Shown: positions 19,696-29,547 of the stretch, in pieces | Layout: each line of letters starts with the position of its first letter | Numbering within the stretch: the stretch's first letter is position 1 | IMG/VR virus record: IMGVR_UViG_3300017987_000005 | Location: 119,649 to 183,648 of that record | Direction: 5' to 3' (one strand) | DNA from: a virus | DNA: 64,000 bases | Notes under the pieces: generated by a model | Seen by the model: only the letters and a program-made list of their open reading frames with translations | Told to the model about the DNA's origin: nothing | Database searches by the model: none | Position numbers and translations under genes: made by a program

Positions 19696-22523
19696 ATTAA
19701 GATTACTTGCTGATTGGCGTCGATTTTGCTTCTTTTCTGCTCTCCATCAATCGAGCCGTCCTTATCCTGGTACTGCTCCGGATGCATCTTCCTCAGATTC
19801 GGAGAGCCAGCAAACATTTCAAAATATCTCCAGTTAAGCATAGCACACATCAGAGCATCAGGTCCGTGGTCATCCTTTTTTATCGGCTTACCGTTTCCGT
19901 CAGCACGGTATCTCCTCAACTGAGAAAGTAACTGGTCATTACCTTCTCCGTCTTTAAGAAATTGAAGACGTCCGGTAGTAAGGAACTTCGATACGTTTTG
20001 TATTCCGAACTCTTTCCATTTCTTAAAAACAACAGGAATTACTTTGAACCCTTCTTCATGCAGCTCGCGATTACTGAACTGGTCCGATGAGTCGGCAAAC
20101 ACTACAAAGTTACCGTACTCTTCTCTAAGTTTATTCAGGTATCCGATAATCTCCCCGATTTTTTGCTCATGAAACCATGCTGTCTCGAGAACTCCGACAC
20201 CTATCTCACTTCGAACAGTCATGCATATTGCCGTCTGTCCTACATAACCCCAGTCCAGTCCTACTGATTTCTCAATCTCTTCATACCATGTAATATCTTC
20301 CCACTCCGATTCCGCTAAAGCTTCAATGTCATAAATGCTTCCGTAAAATTTCGGGCGCTCGCATTCAAACTCGACTGTATAAACGCTCGAACCCTCATTT
20401 ACTTTTTTAATATCACATACAGCTTCAAACGACTGGTAACCTTCTGCTTTCCGCGCAGTTCCGTTGCATCCTTTTACGGTCGTTCCGATTACGCGTCCGC
20501 GCTCATCGTGTTCATTCACTACCTCAGACAAATAACAGTCGGCGCAGTCGATATCAAGTTCACACTTGACCATCGTGTCGTACACAGACCATTTATATCT
20601 AGTAAATCCATGAGTCTCTGCGTCGTCCCAATACTCCTGGAAAAATCCTTCAGGATGATGAAACGTACTGAGTATGAGGATAAGATGTTCCGGCTGAGTA
20701 AGTGCGTTCTGGAGAGCTGTTTTCATCACTTCGCCGGCTTTCAAGTCTTCCTGACAGTTATGCACAACAGCATTCATCATCATAAATGATTCACCGTCTT
20801 TGACTTCTATATCCCACACTTCTCCGGAATAATGCCTAGACTCTACGCTTTTAACAGGGACAGCAATATAATTATCAATCTCCACCCATGAATTAAAAGC
20901 CTTCTGCTTTCTATCAGAATCATCGGTATCTGTAAATAAGCTCATTGCCTTTCCATTTATATCAATAACCCATGATTCTTTAGTACAGTACTCTTTACCA
21001 CGTATATTAGATATTTTCGCCGGACGCTCTCTATAAGAAGCAGCTACTCCAAGTTTAGCCAGACATGTAAATATAGAAGCTGCCAGGGCTTCTGATGAGG
21101 TCTGTATCGAGGCTCTTTTGCAAACTCCTCCTGAAGAGGCTTTCCCTTCCCATACGGTTCCATCGGAAGCTATAAGTCCGCTTATAACTCCACGGACAAA
21201 ATCTTTAGATTGCCCAGCTATAAAGTCAAAAGGCATTCCTTTTTCTGTAGACTTTGTTCCGAAAGTAGTATCGAGAAAATCTGCTAATTCCTTATGAGTA
21301 AATAAGGCAGTATCAGTATTAATTCTATTCTCAACTGACGAATTATCAAAGCAAACCTCACGCCCAAACAAATCTTTACTTATTGATACATATTCATCTA
21401 TATTACGCTTATCTTTAGAATTGAATACGACATAAATTCCTCTTGAACGCTGTTTACCGGTCCAGCCGTCCCCCAACCAATATCCAAGCCACTTCCCTCC
21501 GTCGTATGTATCAGCGAGTATACAATCATCTATATCGCTCGTCTTTATTTTTGGAATGAGGACATAATCTCTATCACTTATATCTTCGGCGTGAACCCAC
21601 TCAGCACTAGACTCGTTAACAGAATCTTTTCTTTTTGGATTTCCTTTATCGAGTCCTCGAATTATCTTTACTCTGTGGTCATGAGTCAACTCTAATCCTG
21701 TAGACCATCCATTAAGTGATATATTTACTACTCGATTATCCCAATCCTTGCTCCATACATTCTTAACAGAAGTTATAATTCCATCTTGATTGACTACACA
21801 ATCTCCTGGAACAACATCTTCCACGTTAATAATCCCACGCTCTGTAATTACTTTCGAACCTGGGAGTAAACACCCCTCATCAATAATAAGACCGGAATCG
21901 TGACGACTCCGGACCTGCTTATCGGTCGCATTGATACAATGGAGCTTTGCTCCATTATAAAAATGCGTTCTGGATATCAAAGGGTCACCATCTATAAGAT
22001 ACTGATAAACCTGGGGGTTACAACTACAAAACTCGACAACTTTTTCATAAATTGAACGAGCCTGACTACCAGAACCAGCAAGGTTGGTGAACTCTTTTGA
22101 CTTGTAAACCATCATCAAAAAGATGAGTACTGCGGCTGATGTGCTTCCTCCTCCGCCGCGAGATTTCCAGAGGATAGCTTTATTAACACGTTCGTAAAAA
22201 ATGTCAGCGATAAGACGACGTGCTTCAGGGACTAGTTTAATGTATTGGCGTTTTCCATCTTTGACTAAATAAAGTGTTGACGATACAAAATCATAGATGG
22301 CTTGCTGTTGTCTAAGTGCGTGTTCTTTATCTGACTCGGTGTGTCGTTTGTTAACGAGTTCTTCGCCGAGCAAGTCGGCAAATCCATGCTCCAGGGGTGA
22401 GCGCACTTTCTTTATTTCAAGAAGACGGCTCTCCATGACACGCAGAGCTTCTAGCGCATCACTTTTTTCCGCTGACCCATGAAGGGACTCAATTGTTGAA
22501 GTTTTGTCCGGCACCCTCGTCAA
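19692..22523 (-). CDS. terL: terminase large subunit containing an intein
   Basis: SRGGGGS Walker A variant, LIIDE Walker B, ST motif, GLDWG and DHGPDAL nuclease motifs. Confidence 0.92.
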   Translation of the reverse strand: MTRVPDKTSTIESLHGSAEKSDALEALRVMESRLLEIKKVRSPLEHGFADLLGEELVNKRHTESDKEHALRQQQAIYDFVSSTLYLVKDGKRQYIKLVPEARRLIADIFYERVNKAILWKSRGGGGSTSAAVLIFLMMVYKSKEFTNLAGSGSQARSIYEKVVEFCSCNPQVYQYLIDGDPLISRTHFYNGAKLHCINATDKQVRSRHDSGLIIDEGCLLPGSKVITERGIINVEDVVPGDCVVNQDGIITSVKNVWSKDWDNRVVNISLNGWSTGLELTHDHRVKIIRGLDKGNPKRKDSVNESSAEWVHAEDISDRDYVLIPKIKTSDIDDCILADTYDGGKWLGYWLGDGWTGKQRSRGIYVVFNSKDKRNIDEYVSISKDLFGREVCFDNSSVENRINTDTALFTHKELADFLDTTFGTKSTEKGMPFDFIAGQSKDFVRGVISGLIASDGTVWEGKASSGGVCKRASIQTSSEALAASIFTCLAKLGVAASYRERPAKISNIRGKEYCTKESWVIDINGKAMSLFTDTDDSDRKQKAFNSWVEIDNYIAVPVKSVESRHYSGEVWDIEVKDGESFMMMNAVVHNCQEDLKAGEVMKTALQNALTQPEHLILILSTFHHPEGFFQEYWDDAETHGFTRYKWSVYDTMVKCELDIDCADCYLSEVVNEHDERGRVIGTTVKGCNGTARKAEGYQSFEAVCDIKKVNEGSSVYTVEFECERPKFYGSIYDIEALAESEWEDITWYEEIEKSVGLDWGYVGQTAICMTVRSEIGVGVLETAWFHEQKIGEIIGYLNKLREEYGNFVVFADSSDQFSNRELHEEGFKVIPVVFKKWKEFGIQNVSKFLTTGRLQFLKDGEGNDQLLSQLRRYRADGNGKPIKKDDHGPDALMCAMLNWRYFEMFAGSPNLRKMHPEQYQDKDGSIDGEQKRSKIDANQQVILI
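20757..21872 (-). mobile_element. intein (372 aa) with LAGLIDADG endonuclease
   Basis: G|CLLPGSKV...LTHDH...VVHN|C splice motifs; LGYWLGDG and SGLIASDG blocks. Confidence 0.95.
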
Positions 22524-23040
22524 ACTCCCCGCTCGTTATACGTTGAACCAATCTATCTCTTTGAGATAGCAGTTCAGCCTCGGACATCTCTTGGACTTCC
22601 TTCGCTATAACTTCAATCTTCGAGCGGGAAGCTGCTCGTGGCATCAACCCCACATCCAACTTGAATGCGGCGAGGTCCTTCTGAACTTTATGAAATAATT
22701 CTAAGTAACGCTGCTTATCAATATCCTTCTTAGCAGCAGTATAATTCATCCATAGTTCAGACATGGTTGCTTGCATTCGTTCACACGTTTCAAAAATTTG
22801 AACGTCAACATCACCATGTCCATGCTTCTTAGCCATGTGCTCGCGAATGTATTTCAAATCACTACCCACTGTGTTGTAGTGGCAGGTCACGACGTTCGCG
22901 ATTGCTCTTTGTGACATGTTACGCATATAATACAATTCGAAGACTGTTTCTCTGCGTAACTGAATTTTTTTCTGCTCGGGGGACATTACGGCGTCGGCTT
23001 TTTCATCAAACCAAGCACCATCTTTGTCTTTTTCTGCCAC
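22489..23040 (-). CDS. terS: terminase small subunit (HTH)
   Basis: MSQRAIANVVTCHYNTVGSDL HTH; GTG start after GGAGG; upstream of terL. Confidence 0.7.
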   Translation of the reverse strand: MAEKDKDGAWFDEKADAVMSPEQKKIQLRRETVFELYYMRNMSQRAIANVVTCHYNTVGSDLKYIREHMAKKHGHGDVDVQIFETCERMQATMSELWMNYTAAKKDIDKQRYLELFHKVQKDLAAFKLDVGLMPRAASRSKIEVIAKEVQEMSEAELLSQRDRLVQRITSGEFDEGAGQNFNN

Positions 23041-23091
23041 GTCGGACGTCCTCCCTGTGAATGTGATTTCAATATCCGGACATTCACAAGC

Positions 23092-23120
23092 AGTATAGCA
23101 TATAGACTAAATTTTGTCAA
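23092..23120 (-). promoter_or_regulatory. sigma70-type promoter for the packaging/structural operon
   Basis: TTGACA-N17-TATACT with extended TG and AT-rich upstream tract. Confidence 0.8.
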
Positions 23121-23157
23121 GAAAAAAATGAAATTTTTTTCATTTTTCCGGAAACCG

Positions 23158-23922
23158 TCACTTTTTAGACGACTCCTTCACTGCTTTTTCAAGCACTGCC
23201 TTGAAAAACTCAGCCGCGTCCATAGAGTTATCATTGATGTGTCCCACGGTTTTTGATACAGTCTTCGCGAGTGCGTCATCGCACGTCACGATGAGATGCA
23301 TCTTCTTCTTGTACATGAAGAACAGATAACTCCGGTCAATGCTATCTCCCTCATGATTACTGAAGATATCGTTGACTGCCACCGTAACATTATCGACCAT
23401 CTGTAGTTCTTTGGGGATATCGTCATGAGAATAAGCTTCCTTACGCTCTTTTGCGCGCTTTTCTATCTCTTCCTTGCGATACCGCTTATCAAACTCACCT
23501 TTACTGGCGAATCCCATTTTCTTGGCGACTTCGTCCTCAGTTATCTTCTCACGGCGTTTAATGCTGTTTACAAGGGTGCTGAAGCGTCTTTCGTCCAGGT
23601 CTCCGTGGATGATGTTGCGACGTACGGCTTTGATTTTGGCTTCTTCTTCGTCCCAATCCTTGATAATACAGGGTAATTCGGTCATTCCGATGACTTTCCC
23701 CGCGTCGTACCGGTGATTCCCGGCGACAATCAGAAACCGGTCCTCTTTATCCGGATGCTTGATAACGACAAGAGGCTCATCAAATCCGTCAGATTCAATC
23801 TCAGCTACCAGTTCGTTAAACGTCTCAGTTGACTGTACTTGCGGATTCCAGTCAGCTTTGATTAATTTCTCAATCGGGATATTGACCACATCTTCTACGT
23901 TATTCTTAACTTCGTCTGCCAT
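23158..23922 (-). CDS. ParB/Srx N-terminal domain protein
   Basis: WNPQ, GFDEPLVV, IVAGNHR; ATG 23922 has a GGAGG RBS. Confidence 0.85.
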   Translation of the reverse strand: MADEVKNNVEDVVNIPIEKLIKADWNPQVQSTETFNELVAEIESDGFDEPLVVIKHPDKEDRFLIVAGNHRYDAGKVIGMTELPCIIKDWDEEEAKIKAVRRNIIHGDLDERRFSTLVNSIKRREKITEDEVAKKMGFASKGEFDKRYRKEEIEKRAKERKEAYSHDDIPKELQMVDNVTVAVNDIFSNHEGDSIDRSYLFFMYKKKMHLIVTCDDALAKTVSKTVGHINDNSMDAAEFFKAVLEKAVKESSKK

Positions 23923-24041
23923 ATTGCCTCCTTTTGCAATCGATTGCACCGCCATTGGTGACATTTTTGTCACATATTGAATGCATACCTAAAAATAAAA
24001 AATACTATTTTATGCATACCGATTTTAACGACCGCATAAAT

Positions 24042-24539
24042 TTACGCGACGTCTTCCGGTTTATGCGTAACGAGGTCATTCTTGAGTTCAATAATCGTAT
24101 TCGCTAATATCTTAGCAAGCTGCGGAGATAATCCGAAACGCTCGGTATTCTTTTCGATACTCGTCATTATATCCCCATCAGCATGGCGCTCTGTCGCAGC
24201 CCACCAGTCGCAAAGCATCTCGGTAACATCCAGAAGGGTCATGTCCTCAATCCCCTTCTCATGGTGCTCAGGATGGTGCGCATTATTCGCATAATGATGG
24301 TCCAGGGCTGGTTTCATCTCCTTTAAGCACTTCTGATACTCACTGTCAGGATTGACGTCATACGTCATACCGCGTAGTTTTGGAGTATATTTGAGAAACG
24401 TCTCAAACTCCGGCTCTTCCAGCTTACTATCATCATGATGATACGCTCTCATATGCATGCGATTACAGAACTTCAAAATCTTACAGCATACGCTTGAAAT
24501 ATGCTTAAGAGTCTCTTTTATAACATCTCTCTCGTTCAT
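24042..24539 (-). CDS. HD-like protein (DUF5662-type)
   Basis: HHDDSK, HHYANNAHHPEH, EMLCDW. Confidence 0.7.
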   Translation of the reverse strand: MNERDVIKETLKHISSVCCKILKFCNRMHMRAYHHDDSKLEEPEFETFLKYTPKLRGMTYDVNPDSEYQKCLKEMKPALDHHYANNAHHPEHHEKGIEDMTLLDVTEMLCDWWAATERHADGDIMTSIEKNTERFGLSPQLAKILANTIIELKNDLVTHKPEDVA

Positions 24540-24551
24540 CTGAACCTCCTA

Positions 24552-24567
24552 TGTTTCACGTGAAACA
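24552..24567. promoter_or_regulatory. parS: parS centromere palindrome
   Basis: TGTTTCACGTGAAACA, exact match to the bacterial parS consensus, intergenic. Confidence 0.85.
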
Positions 24568-25119
24568 TCAATCATCAAAAATATCACTATATCCATAATC
24601 GACAGGTATCCCGTCTCCGAGCGAAACATCGCTATAATGCTCCTTAAACCACTCAGAATCGGCTATGCGGTCATACCGCGCTTTAAGGCTAGTATCACGT
24701 CTCGATTTACGGAGCTGCATCAGAAGGCGTCCTAACATGTTCTGACCGAACCCTCGAATAAGGTCAAACCCCCAAAAAGCATCTCCCCAGGTATTCCCCT
24801 CAACAAGCAGCGAATCCCCGGTAGAAAGCAGCCGGCGCTCCATTTCCGGATAACTGAATTTCGAATGCAAAACCTTAGCCATTACCGGTATTTTTATGCA
24901 TTCCCAGTCATCACGAAGAATAACTCTCCTCCCACGCTTTTTCGCGGACCCTGGTGATGGTGCGTCTACGATATCTTGGCGACGCTCGGCGTCCAACGTC
25001 TTCTCACGCTGGTATGCATGTTCCCCGGACTTAAGCAGCTCTCCGTCCATCTCAAACTCCATCTCGTAAAAGTTTGACAGGAAAAAGTACTTTCCTTTGA
25101 ATTCAAGAATCGGCTTCAT
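24568..25119 (-). CDS. NADAR family protein
   Basis: FLSNFY, SGEHAYQ..K, AKKRGR, KF...LLSTG..LVEGNTWGDAFWG, GQNMLGRLLM. Confidence 0.93.
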   Translation of the reverse strand: MKPILEFKGKYFFLSNFYEMEFEMDGELLKSGEHAYQREKTLDAERRQDIVDAPSPGSAKKRGRRVILRDDWECIKIPVMAKVLHSKFSYPEMERRLLSTGDSLLVEGNTWGDAFWGFDLIRGFGQNMLGRLLMQLRKSRRDTSLKARYDRIADSEWFKEHYSDVSLGDGIPVDYGYSDIFDD

Positions 25120-25525
25120 CTTGCGATTCCTTCTCCGGAATACTTTTGTCCTGCGGAGGTTCGTCCACCTTGATATCCTTCGGAGGCGCTGCGTGCTGAG
25201 ACGGGGCTTGAGGCACTTTCGGCTTCTTGGGAACTATGATAACTTTGAACTCATCCCCTATCGACTTAAAGCACTTAGCGCAATACAATCCGATTATATT
25301 GTTATGCTTTACAAGCTCCCAATGAGCGCCGCAGCATTTTGAATGCATGTAGATATTATCTCCGGCAATGCATTTACATACTATCCGAGGCTTATCGTGC
25401 TCCTCACACCACCCACAATGGTCATGCCCAGGTACTCCGACAATCTCACAATTAACTCGTGATAATTCATCTTCAGTAGGTTCCCGACCAACTTTCTCAA
25501 TAAACTCCTCTTTCGTTATAGGCAT
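25103..25525 (-). CDS. hypothetical Cys/His-rich protein
   Basis: GH..CGWC..H, CC, CAKC. Confidence 0.65.
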   Translation of the reverse strand: MPITKEEFIEKVGREPTEDELSRVNCEIVGVPGHDHCGWCEEHDKPRIVCKCIAGDNIYMHSKCCGAHWELVKHNNIIGLYCAKCFKSIGDEFKVIIVPKKPKVPQAPSQHAAPPKDIKVDEPPQDKSIPEKESQDEADS

Positions 25526-25528
25526 AAA

Positions 25529-25720
25529 TCATTTCTCCTGATTACTGCGTTTTTCGATATGCTCAACTTCCACCTGATGACGTGCTGCCCATCCCGCTTT
25601 CCACCCGAGCTTCCAAGCTCCATATAAAAGCGCGGACAAAATAAGAACAGAAATAAACAGCGGTCCCGCAACAGCCATCCAGCACAACGGGTCTTTCCAA
25701 CTCCAATTATACAAACTCAT
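25529..25720 (-). CDS. small membrane protein
   Basis: One hydrophobic helix; ATG 25720. Confidence 0.55.
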   Translation of the reverse strand: MSLYNWSWKDPLCWMAVAGPLFISVLILSALLYGAWKLGWKAGWAARHQVEVEHIEKRSNQEK

Positions 25721-25723
25721 GAC

Positions 25724-25870
25724 TAATCCTTGACGTCCCACATAACGTCTTCGATATCTTCCTCGACAGCTTCAACGTTAATGTCGTCGTCCTTTCCATA
25801 CGCTCCCGATTCGACCTTGTCAAGAATTTCCCTGAGCCCCTCAGCTAACGTTTTCTGTAATCCGCCCATC
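25724..25870 (-). CDS. small acidic hypothetical protein (48 aa, not in the ORF track)
   Basis: MGGLQKTLAEGLREILDKVESG...WDVKD*, fills the gap after pncB. Confidence 0.55.
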
Positions 25871-27047
25871 ATATCACTTTCTTCAAATAGTCCACATAAT
25901 CCTTATCCCGACACATCTCCTTCCCCGTAGAATCGGACAGCTTTGCTACAGGCTGAAGATTCTCGGGGTCTCTGCCGGCTTCAATAACTTTCATTACAAT
26001 CTGAATCGGTTCTGGCCCGAGGTTGTTTGTCAAATGAGTCCCAACTCCATAAGCATCTTTTATACGTCCCCGGACATAGGTATGAATCTTGGCAACATTC
26101 TTGAAATCCAATCCATCACTGAATACAGCGCTCTTCGTTGTGGGGTCGATTCCCATATCTTCGTAATGACGGATGACTTTCTCTACCCAGTCAGTTGGGC
26201 TCCCGGAATCCTGACGAACTCCATCGAACAGCTTTGCAAAATACATGTCGAAGTCTTTGAGGAATTTCTGCAATCCTAGGGTGTCCGACAAAGCAATCCC
26301 CAGGTCGCCACGATACTCGTCAGCCCACGTCTGGAGCGCGTACCGCTGGCTCCATTCCGGCTTCGTCAATGCTTGGCATACTTGGAATACTTCATGCGCC
26401 ATCGTTCCGATAGGCTTAAGTCCGTACTCCTTTGCAAATAGGACGTTACTCGTCCCAATAAATCCGGGGAATATCTCAGGCTGAGTCAGCAACTTTATAA
26501 CGCGCGCATGCCATTCCGGAGAGAATGCGCGTCGCGTTCCGAAATCAGCAAAACTGACTCCCTTCATCGTCTGTATGTTCGATAGACTGGCTGACAGCTT
26601 CTTCTCCCCCTCCTTAAATAACTCGTTGCGGTCTTTAGAAGAACAAAGGTTGTCAAAATATAACGCATTAACTGTACGTAGAATATAAATCTCATACAAA
26701 ATAGTCTGCACCCACGGCCCTTCGACAATAATGCTGAGTCCTTCCGAATCAGAATCGCTGATGTGTACATATCTTGAATGAAGCTTGAACGTTCTGAGGA
26801 AATCAATAAAATCGCGCTTCATAAATCTCAGGTCACGGAGATACATCAACTCATCTTCCTTGAAGCTCAGACGATTCATGTAATTTATCTCGTCCTGTAT
26901 CCGGGCTTTAATAGGAGAAAAATCCACTCCCTCAGTCCGGCACTTAAACGCATACTTCACGTATACGTCAGGGCACTGATGCAAAGCAAACTGCATCATT
27001 GTGAGTTTATATAAATCGGTATCTAGTAAACTACGTATCACTGGCAT
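25869..27047 (-). CDS. pncB: nicotinate phosphoribosyltransferase
   Basis: SLLDTDLYKLTM, DFGTRR, GTSNV, GTMAHE, GVRQDSG, FSDGL, AKLSD. Confidence 0.95.
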   Translation of the reverse strand: MPVIRSLLDTDLYKLTMMQFALHQCPDVYVKYAFKCRTEGVDFSPIKARIQDEINYMNRLSFKEDELMYLRDLRFMKRDFIDFLRTFKLHSRYVHISDSDSEGLSIIVEGPWVQTILYEIYILRTVNALYFDNLCSSKDRNELFKEGEKKLSASLSNIQTMKGVSFADFGTRRAFSPEWHARVIKLLTQPEIFPGFIGTSNVLFAKEYGLKPIGTMAHEVFQVCQALTKPEWSQRYALQTWADEYRGDLGIALSDTLGLQKFLKDFDMYFAKLFDGVRQDSGSPTDWVEKVIRHYEDMGIDPTTKSAVFSDGLDFKNVAKIHTYVRGRIKDAYGVGTHLTNNLGPEPIQIVMKVIEAGRDPENLQPVAKLSDSTGKEMCRDKDYVDYLKKVI

Positions 27048-27402
27048 CTTCTTCTCCTAAATGTCCGTGCATCCTTTTCCACTCTTTGATGTACTGAGCA
27101 TGCTGTTCCGGATAAAAGTGTTCTATAAAATCAATCAGACGATAATCGTGTGGCTCGTCAGTAAATATATCTCCTGTCGTATCTGTAAAACAAAATATCT
27201 CGTTTTCAAAATGATGTTCGCTTTTGTGCTTCCCGCAGTTCCCGCATATCGGGTCCTCGATACATTCCAAAGCAGTGAAGCACATCTCAGTCAACTGCTG
27301 CATACGCTCATCGTCATTCAACAATATCTCGACAAGCTTGAGGACGCGGCACTTCGCAGAACGTCGCGCATTCCGCAACTTCCATGAGGCAAAACTTCCC
27401 AT
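27031..27402 (-). CDS. hypothetical protein
   Basis: Packed ORF; CGNC. Confidence 0.6.
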   Translation of the reverse strand: MGSFASWKLRNARRSAKCRVLKLVEILLNDDERMQQLTEMCFTALECIEDPICGNCGKHKSEHHFENEIFCFTDTTGDIFTDEPHDYRLIDFIEHFYPEQHAQYIKEWKRMHGHLGEEDASDT

Positions 27403-27403
27403 C

Positions 27404-27802
27404 TTATTTCCCGTACCACATATAGGCGGGCTTTATAGCAACGATAGCATAAAAATCGTCATCAACATGCCCCCAGTCCTCGCAATAAACTCTCCATCCG
27501 AGTTCGTTGCTTCCGTCATGGTCAGCATTCGCGTCCCAATCCTTCATCTCGATATCCTCGGCTTTTTCAAGATACTTCTTAACTGCGGGAAACACTTCCT
27601 CTGCGGTAAGCTCTGACGGGAACTGGTTATAATTCTCCGGACTTGAATCCGGAATAGTCCAGCATAAAATGAGTCCATGCTTCTTAGTTTCCCTCCACGC
27701 ATTAGCAGTCGTGTTCCGCCCCTCCTGAGCAAACGCGAGCTTCAACGTTTGGAGTAGAAGTTCGTCTCCGGTCCCGTTGACATTAAATACTCTGTTATCC
27801 AT
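27404..27802 (-). CDS. hypothetical protein
   Basis: Packed ORF. Confidence 0.65.
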   Translation of the reverse strand: MDNRVFNVNGTGDELLLQTLKLAFAQEGRNTTANAWRETKKHGLILCWTIPDSSPENYNQFPSELTAEEVFPAVKKYLEKAEDIEMKDWDANADHDGSNELGWRVYCEDWGHVDDDFYAIVAIKPAYMWYGK

Positions 27803-28416
27803 TACTCACTACCTACACTCAAAAATTCATTAATAACTCCCATATCAGGCTCTTTCGCGTAGCTTCGCGGGTCGTTATATTCTGGCTTAAAATATTTTAT
27901 AAAAGCAGATTCCACTGCGTCTAGTCTAGTTTTCGGGACATGCATATAAAATACATAATTAAAATCCTTATCTTCACGATGCCTCTCTATACGCGTAGGC
28001 AGCGACGTAGTCTGACCAACATACACTATTAACTTATCGCGCACAAGAAAATAAACGCACGGAGGAAAATACCCTAACGGATATTCTTTCAAACACTCAA
28101 ATAACGGCTGTATCCCATAAGGTAAATCAGTCGGCACTAAGCTTCTTGGATTATTCGTAATAACCTGTATACAATTAGGCGGTAACGGAGAACCTTTGTA
28201 ATGGTGAATCATGTTAACTTTTATCCAATCTCGAATCGCCCTCAACTCAAACACGGGCTCTGGATGAATGTCAACCTTAACACATGGCGCAAAACCTTGT
28301 TCCGCTAACTCTACTAGTCGAGAAGGGCTAATAAAATCTTTTAATCCTTTTGGCAATTTTGCACACACCTCTTCTGCCGTATACAGTGACGGTATCGTCG
28401 TATTTCCTCTAGCCAC
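27802..28416 (-). CDS. GIY-YIG-like nuclease with N-terminal HTH-like domain
   Basis: CVYFL...VYVGQT..L..RI..H, E..FI...PEYN. Confidence 0.75.
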   Translation of the reverse strand: MARGNTTIPSLYTAEEVCAKLPKGLKDFISPSRLVELAEQGFAPCVKVDIHPEPVFELRAIRDWIKVNMIHHYKGSPLPPNCIQVITNNPRSLVPTDLPYGIQPLFECLKEYPLGYFPPCVYFLVRDKLIVYVGQTTSLPTRIERHREDKDFNYVFYMHVPKTRLDAVESAFIKYFKPEYNDPRSYAKEPDMGVINEFLSVGSE

Positions 28417-28604
28417 TAGTCTACGCTCCTCTCATTATCGAACCACTTCTTTTTCGGTTCTTCGGCTCTATGAAAATCACCGTGATAATCTATGCACGGC
28501 TTCGTCTTCCTGCACGACTCGCACAGCCCAACTGATACGTTCGGCATTATAAACCAGAACGTATCTACTCCGTTCTCAATGCAACACTTCTCGCAGATAA
28601 ACAT
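28416..28604 (-). CDS. small Zn-binding protein ending in WFDN
   Basis: CEKC, CESC. Confidence 0.6.
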   Translation of the reverse strand: MFICEKCCIENGVDTFWFIMPNVSVGLCESCRKTKPCIDYHGDFHRAEEPKKKWFDNERSVD

Positions 28605-28909
28605 TAATAATCTTCATCAATAATATCATTAGGGTCAAGAGGATTTTCAGTCGGGTCGTAATCATCCGGATTCAGCTCATCATCCTCATCATCCATATGA
28701 CTACGGTCATCGAGCATCTGAATCGCTGCTACGGCTGAGCCGCGTATCGATTCGAAAAAATCCCGAAGCTCATCCTCATCAGTAATCGCATGATACGACT
28801 TTGCCATGATTTCCTCAAAATCATCAAAAAGCTTATCGTAATTTTCACTGCTTTCTCCAGCAGTCCGGTCCTCACTCATCACCATTCTCCCGCACATACT
28901 TAAATCCAC
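28604..28909 (-). CDS. acidic hypothetical protein
   Basis: Packed ORF; start probably ~28885. Confidence 0.55.
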   Translation of the reverse strand: MDLSMCGRMVMSEDRTAGESSENYDKLFDDFEEIMAKSYHAITDEDELRDFFESIRGSAVAAIQMLDDRSHMDDEDDELNPDDYDPTENPLDPNDIIDEDY

Positions 28910-29150
28910 GAGTGGGAGGCTTAGTCGGAGCTTTATAATCTACTTTCTTTAACGGCTCCATTACAATACGTCCAGGCTCGATGCTTATAACTTCCCCTTC
29001 AGCATGTACTCTCCCTTTATACGCAAACATAACTTTATCATACTCAAATAACTGGCGGGGCGTTCCCGACACGTCCCACCAACACTCATAAATATCAGAA
29101 GCCGTCTTATGTTCCACTACCTCCGGCTTGGCATGAATAATGATATCCAT
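28872..29150 (-). CDS. hypothetical protein (PUA/ASCH-like?)
   Basis: MDIIIH start; C-terminal PPTRGFKY. Confidence 0.5.
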   Translation of the reverse strand: MDIIIHAKPEVVEHKTASDIYECWWDVSGTPRQLFEYDKVMFAYKGRVHAEGEVISIEPGRIVMEPLKKVDYKAPTKPPTRGFKYVRENGDE

Positions 29151-29151
29151 A

Positions 29152-29547
29152 CTACATTCCTTTTCCGTCGTTAAACCATTCCCCGTTAGCTTCCACTTTG
29201 TTCCCGCTCTTCTGGCGCTCCGCCCAACGTACTCCGGCATCAAACGCTTCTTCCGGAGTAGGTCTTCCGTCAGATGCACGCCCTAGCATCGGATGCTGGC
29301 ACATAAATAATTTCTCCACACGAAGACGTACTTCATGGCCATAATATCCCGCTACGTATCCAAGATTTTTCCGCTCTATGCTCTCAGCTTCTACTCTGGA
29401 TTTTCCAGCTATTCGCATAGTATGTTCGACAAGCACTTCGAAATACTCGTCAGCAGTAGCTTGGTCCATTATCGACATAGCAGGTTTATACTTCTCTCCG
29501 AGAGTAGTCTCATCAGGAAGTCTCTCGGGCAGTACTACTTTCTCCAT
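29152..29547 (-). CDS. hypothetical protein ending in WFND
   Basis: NLGYVAGYYG; packed after nadE. Confidence 0.65.
   Translation of the reverse strand: MEKVVLPERLPDETTLGEKYKPAMSIMDQATADEYFEVLVEHTMRIAGKSRVEAESIERKNLGYVAGYYGHEVRLRVEKLFMCQHPMLGRASDGRPTPEEAFDAGVRWAERQKSGNKVEANGEWFNDGKGM

Noticed and set aside
23981-24021. ATGCATACC direct repeat upstream of ParB-N
   Set aside because: Only two 9-bp copies; too weak to call an operator or iteron
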